Assembly (NCBI GenBank): GCA_030148605.1
Contig: JASBTD010000016.1
Coordinates: 8,006 to 72,005, forward strand
Source of the DNA: Erythrobacter sp.
GTDB taxonomy: Bacteria; Pseudomonadota; Alphaproteobacteria; Sphingomonadales; Sphingomonadaceae
Length of the DNA stretch: 64,000 nucleotides
Reading direction: 5' to 3'
Shown: positions 58,409 through 64,000 of the stretch, piece by piece
How positions within the stretch are numbered: the first letter of the stretch is position 1
Layout of the letters: the number at the start of each line of letters is the position of its first letter
Made by a program: the position numbers and the translations under genes
The notes under the pieces: generated by a model
The model's database searches: none
What the model was told of the DNA's origin: nothing
The model's input: only the letters and a program-made list of their open reading frames with translations

Positions 58409-59977
58409 TCAGCCTTCGCTCCACGTCAGCTTGGGCTTGCGCGCGGCGAGCGTTTCATCAAGCCGCCTGCGCGGCGCGTAATAGGGCGCCTGCTTCATCG
58501 TCTCATCGCCTGCATTGGCGCGTTCTGCCAGATGGCGGAACGCGGCGATAAACTGATCCAGCGCGGCTTTGCTCTCTGTTTCCGTTGGTTCGACCAGCAT
58601 TGCCCCGTGCACCACCAGCGGGAAATACATCGTCATCGGATGATAGCCTTCATCGATCAGCGATTTCGCCAGATCGAGCGTGGACAGTTCGCCGCCAAAC
58701 CCTTTGTCGCCGAACAGCGCTTCATGCATGCACGGGCCGCTTGCCGCGTAAGGCGCGTGGAGCAAATCCTCCATGCTGCGCAGGATATAATTGGCGTTGA
58801 GCACGGCATCCTCTGCCACCTGCTTCAAGCCATCGGCACCATGGCTGAGAATATAGGTCAGTGCGCGGGTGAACATACCCATCTGGCCGTGGAACGCCGT
58901 CATCCGGCCAAAGGCCTGCGAATGGCCGAATTCTTCGGCGCTTTCTTCCTCCACCAGATGCACCACGCCATCGGCAGTCCTCGCGGTGAAGGGAAGCGGG
59001 CCGAAGGGGCTGAGCGCTTCCGACAACACTACCGGGCCAGAACCCGGCCCGCCGCCGCCATGCGGGGTGGAGAAGGTCTTGTGCAGATTGATGTGCATCG
59101 CATCAACGCCGAGGTCACCCGGGCGCACCTTGCCCACGATGGCGTTGAAATTCGCGCCGTCGCAATAGACGAAGCCGCCCGCTTCATGCACAGCGTCCGA
59201 AATCGCCTTCATGTCGCGTTCGAACAAGCCGCATGTGTTGGGGTTGGTGATCATGACAGCGGCGACATCAGGGCCAAGGCGGGCCTTCAGCGCCGCAAGA
59301 TCAACCCGGCCTTCATCTGTCGCGGGGATGTCTTCCACCCGGTATCCGGCAAAGGCGGCCGTCGCAGGATTGGTGCCATGCGCGCTTTCAGGCACCAGCA
59401 CCACTTCGCGGGCATCGCCGCGCGCTTCCAACGCGGCACGGATGCAAAGGATGCCGCACAGCTCGCCATGCGCGCCTGCCTTGGGGCTCATCGCAACGCC
59501 GTGCATGCCCGTAAGCTCGATCAGCCAGTGCGCCAGCTCGTTGATCACTTCATACGCACCGCGCACCGTTTCCTGCGGCTGCAAGGGATGCACATCGGCA
59601 AAGCCAGGCATGCGTGCGACTTTCTCATTAAGGCGCGGGTTATGCTTCATGGTGCAACTGCCGAGCGGGAAGAAGCCGAGGTCAATGCCGTAATTCTGGC
59701 GGCTTAGCCGCGTGTAGTGTCGCACGGTTTCAGGCTCGGTCAGGCCGGGCAAGCCGATCGGCTCCGCGCGGTCCAGACCGCCCAGGCGGTTGGGCGCATC
59801 GGCGCTTGGCTCGGGCAGGTCCACTCCGGTCACATCTGCGCGACCGATCTCGAACAGCAGCCGCTCTTCCAGCATCAGCGCGCGCTTGCCGGTTGTGGTT
59901 GCAGGGCCATTATTGAGGCTGTCATCGCTGGCTCGGCTCATTTCAGGCTTCCAGCCGGATTGGTTGGGTGCGTTCAT
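58409..59977 (-). CDS. gcvPB: Glycine dehydrogenase (decarboxylating) subunit 2
   Basis: [41 protein letters not shown] and EPTETES. Confidence 0.96.
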   Translation of the reverse strand: MNAPNQSGWKPEMSRASDDSLNNGPATTTGKRALMLEERLLFEIGRADVTGVDLPEPSADAPNRLGGLDRAEPIGLPGLTEPETVRHYTRLSRQNYGIDLGFFPLGSCTMKHNPRLNEKVARMPGFADVHPLQPQETVRGAYEVINELAHWLIELTGMHGVAMSPKAGAHGELCGILCIRAALEARGDAREVVLVPESAHGTNPATAAFAGYRVEDIPATDEGRVDLAALKARLGPDVAAVMITNPNTCGLFERDMKAISDAVHEAGGFVYCDGANFNAIVGKVRPGDLGVDAMHINLHKTFSTPHGGGGPGSGPVVLSEALSPFGPLPFTARTADGVVHLVEEESAEEFGHSQAFGRMTAFHGQMGMFTRALTYILSHGADGLKQVAEDAVLNANYILRSMEDLLHAPYAASGPCMHEALFGDKGFGGELSTLDLAKSLIDEGYHPMTMYFPLVVHGAMLVEPTETESKAALDQFIAAFRHLAERANAGDETMKQAPYYAPRRRLDETLAARKPKLTWSEG

Positions 59978-61341
59978 GGCAGCACCTCCTCAAGCGCGGT
60001 CGCAAGCGCTTCGATATCCTCCACGCTGGTCGTCTCGGTAACAGCGACCAGCAGGCATTGGGAAAGGCGCTGCGCGCCCGGATAGAGCCGCCCGAGCGAT
60101 ACGCCGCCCAGCACGCCTTTTGCTGCTAGCTTGTGCACCACTTCACGCGCATCCTGCCCCAGCATCAGTGTGAATTCATTGAAGTAATTGTCATTCAGCA
60201 CGGAAACACCCGGCACCTTCGCCAGGCGATCCGCCGCAAGGCAGGCCAGCCGGTGGTTGTCTGCCGCCAATGCCCGCAGGCCTTTCTCGCCCAGCAAGCT
60301 CATGTGCACGTTGAACGCCAGCGCGCAGAGCCCGCTGTTGGTGCAGATGTTGGAGGTCGCTTTCTCGCGCCGGATATGCTGCTCGCGGGTGGACAATGTC
60401 AGCACGAAGCCACGCTTGCCCTCTGCGTCCACGGTCTCGCCGCATAGTCGCCCCGGCATCTGGCGCACATGCTTGGGATCGCGCACCGCGAACAGGCCCA
60501 GATATGGCCCGCCAAATTGCAGTCCCACGCCCAGCGCCTGCCCTTCGCCAACCACGATATCCGCGCCCATCTCGCCGGGCGCCTTGATCGCTCCCAGCGC
60601 TACAGGCTCGGTATTGACCACTACTAGCAGCGCGCCCTTGGCATGCGCAGCCTCGGCAATCGGTCCAAGGTCAGTGATGCGGCCAAGAATGTCGGGATAT
60701 TGCACGACAACACAGCTCGTCTCGTCATCGATCCGCGAAATCAGCCCTGCATTGTCTGGCGCAGGCTGGATCGCAGGCTCGGCATCGGCGATCTCATCCT
60801 GCGTGAACTTCGCCATGGTGCGCACAACCTCGGCGTAGTGCGGGTGCAATGCGCCTGACAGCACAACGCGGTTCTTGCGCGTGACACGTCCGGCCATGGC
60901 CACCGCTTCCCAGCACGCGGTCGAGCCATCGTAGAGCGAGGCATTAGCCACCGCGCAGCCATAGAGCCTTGCCACCTGCGTCTGGAATTCGAACAGCATC
61001 TGCAGCGTGCCCTGCGCGATCTCGGGCTGGTAGGGCGTATAGGCGGTCAGGAATTCACCGCGCTGGATGATATGATCGACGCTGGATGGAACATGATGGC
61101 GATAAGCTCCTGCGCCGAGGAAGAACGGCGCGTCAGCCGCGGCGAGGTTCTTCTTCGAAAGCGCGCGCATATGCTTCTCGACCGCCATTTCGCTGGCGTG
61201 CATGGGCAATCCGCGAATGGGGCCATCGAGCCGCGCCTCTTCCGGCACGTCAACAAACAGATCGTCAATCGAGCTTGCACCGATAACGCTGAGCATTTCG
61301 CCGCGATCGGCATCGGTCAGGGGGAGGTATCGCATTGTCAT
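59974..61341 (-). CDS. gcvPA: Glycine dehydrogenase (decarboxylating) subunit 1 (start 61341 or 61335)
   Basis: [30 protein letters not shown] and [18 protein letters not shown]. Confidence 0.96.
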   Translation of the reverse strand: MTMRYLPLTDADRGEMLSVIGASSIDDLFVDVPEEARLDGPIRGLPMHASEMAVEKHMRALSKKNLAAADAPFFLGAGAYRHHVPSSVDHIIQRGEFLTAYTPYQPEIAQGTLQMLFEFQTQVARLYGCAVANASLYDGSTACWEAVAMAGRVTRKNRVVLSGALHPHYAEVVRTMAKFTQDEIADAEPAIQPAPDNAGLISRIDDETSCVVVQYPDILGRITDLGPIAEAAHAKGALLVVVNTEPVALGAIKAPGEMGADIVVGEGQALGVGLQFGGPYLGLFAVRDPKHVRQMPGRLCGETVDAEGKRGFVLTLSTREQHIRREKATSNICTNSGLCALAFNVHMSLLGEKGLRALAADNHRLACLAADRLAKVPGVSVLNDNYFNEFTLMLGQDAREVVHKLAAKGVLGGVSLGRLYPGAQRLSQCLLVAVTETTSVEDIEALATALEEVLP

Positions 61342-61347
61342 CTCTTT

Positions 61348-61429
61348 CGTGATCCCCCGCGAAAGCGGGGGTCTCTTGCGGCCCGAGCACCGCTATCTGC
61401 GGCCGGTCCCCGCCTGCGCGGGGACTCGC
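61348..61429. repeat. Degenerate CGTC-type REP dimer
   Basis: Hairpins cccccgc-gaaa-gcggggg and gtccccgc-ctgc-gcggggac between gcvH and gcvPA. Confidence 0.7.
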
Positions 61430-61435
61430 TCTCGA

Positions 61436-61807
61436 TCAAAGCCCGTCAACAAACGCCTTATAGGCTTTGTCGTCCATCAGCTCTTCCAGCTGCGACGGGT
61501 CAGCCACGGTCATCTTGAAGAACCAGCCGCCTTCTTCCGGGTCGGTGTTGACCAGTGCGGGATCCTCTTCAAGGTCTTCGTTCGCTTCGATCACCTTGCC
61601 GTCAATCGGTGCGTAGACATCGCTTGCGGCCTTCACGCTTTCGACCACGGCCGCATCGCCGCCCTGATCAAGGTTGGTTCCCACAGTCGGCAATTCGACG
61701 AAGACAATATCGCCCAGCTGCTCTTGTGCGTAATCAGTGATCCCGACTGTGGCGGTGGAGCCTTCGACATCAATCCATTCATGTTCATCGGTGAAGTAAC
61801 GCGGCAT
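61436..61807 (-). CDS. gcvH: Glycine cleavage system H protein
   Basis: [27 protein letters not shown] and lipoyl site VESVKAASD. Confidence 0.96.
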   Translation of the reverse strand: MPRYFTDEHEWIDVEGSTATVGITDYAQEQLGDIVFVELPTVGTNLDQGGDAAVVESVKAASDVYAPIDGKVIEANEDLEEDPALVNTDPEEGGWFFKMTVADPSQLEELMDDKAYKAFVDGL

Positions 61808-61811
61808 CAAA

Positions 61812-62972
61812 TCAGCTCCCTCGATAATAGCGGTGCGGAACAAAAGGCATGGGTGTGACGGTTGCAGCCAAGCGCTTGCCCCGCACTTCGATTTCCAGCG
61901 CAGTGCCATCTGCGGCATGCGCTCCAGCGATATAAGCCATGGCGATAGGTTGCTCGAGCGTGGGTGAAAAGCCGCCGCTGGTAACCATGCCAACCTTGGT
62001 CTCGCCTGCGAAGACTTCGGCCCCTTCGCGTGCGGGCATGCGGCCATCCAGCTTGAGGCCCACGCGGCGCTGTGCCAGCGTGCCTGCTTCATCTTCGGCA
62101 AGCCGGGCCATCACTGCCTTGTGCCCGAAATAGCCGCCTTCGCTGCGACGCTTCTTCGAGATCGCAAAGCCCAGGTCTGCACTGATCGGATCAGTGTTCT
62201 CGCTCAGGTCATGCCCGTAGAGCGGCAAGCCCGCCTCCAGCCGCAAGTTGTCGCGCGCGCCCAACCCGGCCGGTTGCACGCGTTCATCCGCCACCAGCGC
62301 GTCAGCCAGTGCTTCAACCTTGCTTTCATGCACAGCAATTTCGAAACCGTCTTCGCCGGTATAGCCCGCCCGGCTGACCCAGAGATGCGTGGCGTTCCAT
62401 TCGAACAGGCCCGCCGTCATAAATGTCAGCGCGCCGGTGCCGGGGATCAATGCTTCAAGCACATCGCCCGCTTTCGGCCCTTGCAATGCGAGCAGCGCGA
62501 AATCGTCAAAATGGGTGAGCGTGATTTCATCGGGCAGATGCTCGCGCAGATGGGCAATATCGTCCCACTTGCACGCGCCGTTCACCACCAGCGCGATATG
62601 CGCACCGGTATTAGTGACCATCAAATCGTCTATGATTCCGCCCGCTTCGGTCAGCAGCAGCGAATAACGCATCTTGCCGTGCTTGAGGTTCGAAATCGCG
62701 CCGGGAACAAGCTTCTCCAGCTCATGCGCCGCGCCGTCACCTCTCAGCGCGAGCTGGCCCATATGCGACACATCGAACAGGCTGGCGCTTTGGCGGGTCC
62801 AGTTATGCTCGGCGACGATGCCCCCAAACGGACCGGCGTACTGGATCGGCATTTCATAGCCCGCAAACGGCACCATGCGCGCGCCACGCTCGCGATGCCA
62901 GCCGTCAAGCGGCAGCTTCTCTAGCGGCAGTTCTTCGATTGGTTCGTCGTCGCTCAAAATCAGTCCCCGCAC
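61812..62972 (-). CDS. gcvT: Glycine cleavage aminomethyltransferase T (TTG start at 62957 possible)
   Basis: [31 protein letters not shown] and [18 protein letters not shown]. Confidence 0.96.
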   Translation of the reverse strand: MRGLILSDDEPIEELPLEKLPLDGWHRERGARMVPFAGYEMPIQYAGPFGGIVAEHNWTRQSASLFDVSHMGQLALRGDGAAHELEKLVPGAISNLKHGKMRYSLLLTEAGGIIDDLMVTNTGAHIALVVNGACKWDDIAHLREHLPDEITLTHFDDFALLALQGPKAGDVLEALIPGTGALTFMTAGLFEWNATHLWVSRAGYTGEDGFEIAVHESKVEALADALVADERVQPAGLGARDNLRLEAGLPLYGHDLSENTDPISADLGFAISKKRRSEGGYFGHKAVMARLAEDEAGTLAQRRVGLKLDGRMPAREGAEVFAGETKVGMVTSGGFSPTLEQPIAMAYIAGAHAADGTALEIEVRGKRLAATVTPMPFVPHRYYRGS

Positions 62973-63010
62973 AGAAGGCGCAAAGCTTCGCCTCGAAGCC
63001 TTGATCCGTA

Positions 63011-63202
63011 CCCCCTCTGTCGGGTGACCTGAGAGCTTAGCCCGCTGATCTGGCGGGCGTTCCCCTTCGGTGGTTCATGCCAGCCGCAAGAACGCTTTCC
63101 AGAGTGCCTACACACAAGCGGTCCATTTGCCTGAGAGTTTCCGGGGTGGTTGCTCCTTCGGCGTCGATTGGCCCCGAGGGGCTTCACGAACTCTCCCGCT
63201 GA
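63011..63202 (-). ncRNA. Tandem glycine riboswitch
   Basis: Two aptamers: GGGAGAG...GCCGAAGGAGCAA...CTCTCAGGC and TCTGGAAAG...CACCGAAGGGG...CTCTCAGGT...GACAGAGGGG. Confidence 0.93.
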
Positions 63203-63281
63203 TGTGTCTGCAGAATCGCTCCTGCAGCAGCCCCTTTGCTCTGCGCGATTCCTCGGAAAGCGTCAATTGGCGAACTTGGCG

Positions 63282-64000
63282 CTAGCCCCAATTAAGCCAC
63301 AGCAAATAGAGCGCAGAGCCGACAATCCAGATCGCGCCATAGGTCTTGAGCTTTCGCGGGCCGAGCCACAGTGCAATCGGCCGTGCGAGGAAAGCGCCCA
63401 GCATAGCGCCGGGTGCAGCCAGCAGCACAACTTCCCATTGCACTGTGCCAGCCTCGACATGCCAGACCAGGCCTGCCGCAACGCTGACGGCGGAGATCAC
63501 GCAAGCGGTGCCGACACTAAGCAGGATCGGGTAGTGCCGCAAAAAGAGATAGAAGGCGACAAGCTCGCCAATTCCCACTGAAAACAAAGCGGTAATCGCG
63601 CCGCCGGGGATCGAGATCAGCGCCAGAATGGCGATGTCGACTGGCTCCAGTTTCGTGCGTTCCGGAAGGTTGCGATTGAAGGTCCAGGTCGCGACGAGCA
63701 GCGCCAGACCCAGCACAATCGAGAAGCCCTTGTACCCCATCAGCACCGCATGCCCGTCAAACGCGAACAGCCGCTGGGTGGCGAGCAGGGCCGGCACTGA
63801 CAAGGCGATCACCAATGCGCATACAAGCCAGTAATCGCGCGCGTTGGTCTGCGCTTCCAGCAGTGCCGGCGGCTTCTGGTGATAGAGCCGGTCAGTCCAG
63901 CGCAGTGCCCCCACGCTCATGCCAAAGGCCTGGATGCCCATCGAGACGGCAGTGACCCGGATCGGGTCCAGCTCCATCACTCCATGGTCACGCAAGGCGT
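63282..64000 (-). CDS. TauE/SafE (sulfite exporter-like) membrane protein, 5' end outside window
   Basis: Multi-TM protein; SMGIQAFGM, GGAITALFSVGIGEL and APGAMLGAFLA. Confidence 0.75.
   Translation of the reverse strand, partial: ALRDHGVMELDPIRVTAVSMGIQAFGMSVGALRWTDRLYHQKPPALLEAQTNARDYWLVCALVIALSVPALLATQRLFAFDGHAVLMGYKGFSIVLGLALLVATWTFNRNLPERTKLEPVDIAILALISIPGGAITALFSVGIGELVAFYLFLRHYPILLSVGTACVISAVSVAAGLVWHVEAGTVQWEVVLLAAPGAMLGAFLARPIALWLGPRKLKTYGAIWIVGSALYLLWLNWG

Noticed and set aside
58283-59707. 474-aa plus-strand ORF
   Set aside because: It is an antisense shadow of gcvPB.
61436-62101. 221-aa ORF call extending gcvH
   Set aside because: The extension overlaps gcvT in another frame. 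GcvH starts at 61807.

Overview
A 64-kb chromosomal segment of a GC-rich alphaproteobacterium, most likely Erythrobacteraceae/Sphingomonadales. This is inferred from the crtY-crtI-LOG-crtB carotenoid block, the split gcvPA/gcvPB operon and the palindromic repeat types. Most of it is housekeeping and lipid/amino-acid catabolism: thiC with a TPP riboswitch, cspA, a CYP153-like P450, flavin monooxygenases, peptidases, an acyl-CoA carboxylase, dinB, pgl, dps, tRNA-Gly(CCC), the valine-catabolism genes mmsA/ACAD/mmsB, and gcvTH-PA-PB under a tandem glycine riboswitch. I found no CRISPR array, prophage, integrase or classical transposase. The most unusual signals are as follows. (1) A 469-bp element inside the crt operon: a DUF559 (Vsr-like) nuclease gene enclosed by composite hairpin inverted repeats, plus a related gene-less copy between an AbrB antitoxin and a Doc toxin. 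Both copies abut or supply host stop codons and supply ribosome-binding sites. This looks like a REP/RAYT-type system using a PD-(D/E)xK-type nuclease instead of a HUH transposase. (2) A ~60-nt palindromic repeat inserted into loop L5 of the thiC TPP riboswitch. (3) A secreted orphan protein with SQNGTTVETASEVQ repeats separated by short Hcp-like and pilin-like motifs, behind a TCTAGA operator array. (4) A toxin-antitoxin cassette bracketed by two synonymously diverged copies of the 5' half of ethD. (5) A two-copy long palindrome whose arms are canonical G-quadruplex motifs, placed just upstream of crtB and mmsB. (6) An Nmad3-like gene appended to the glycine-cleavage operon. All family calls come from motif recognition by eye; no database searches were run.
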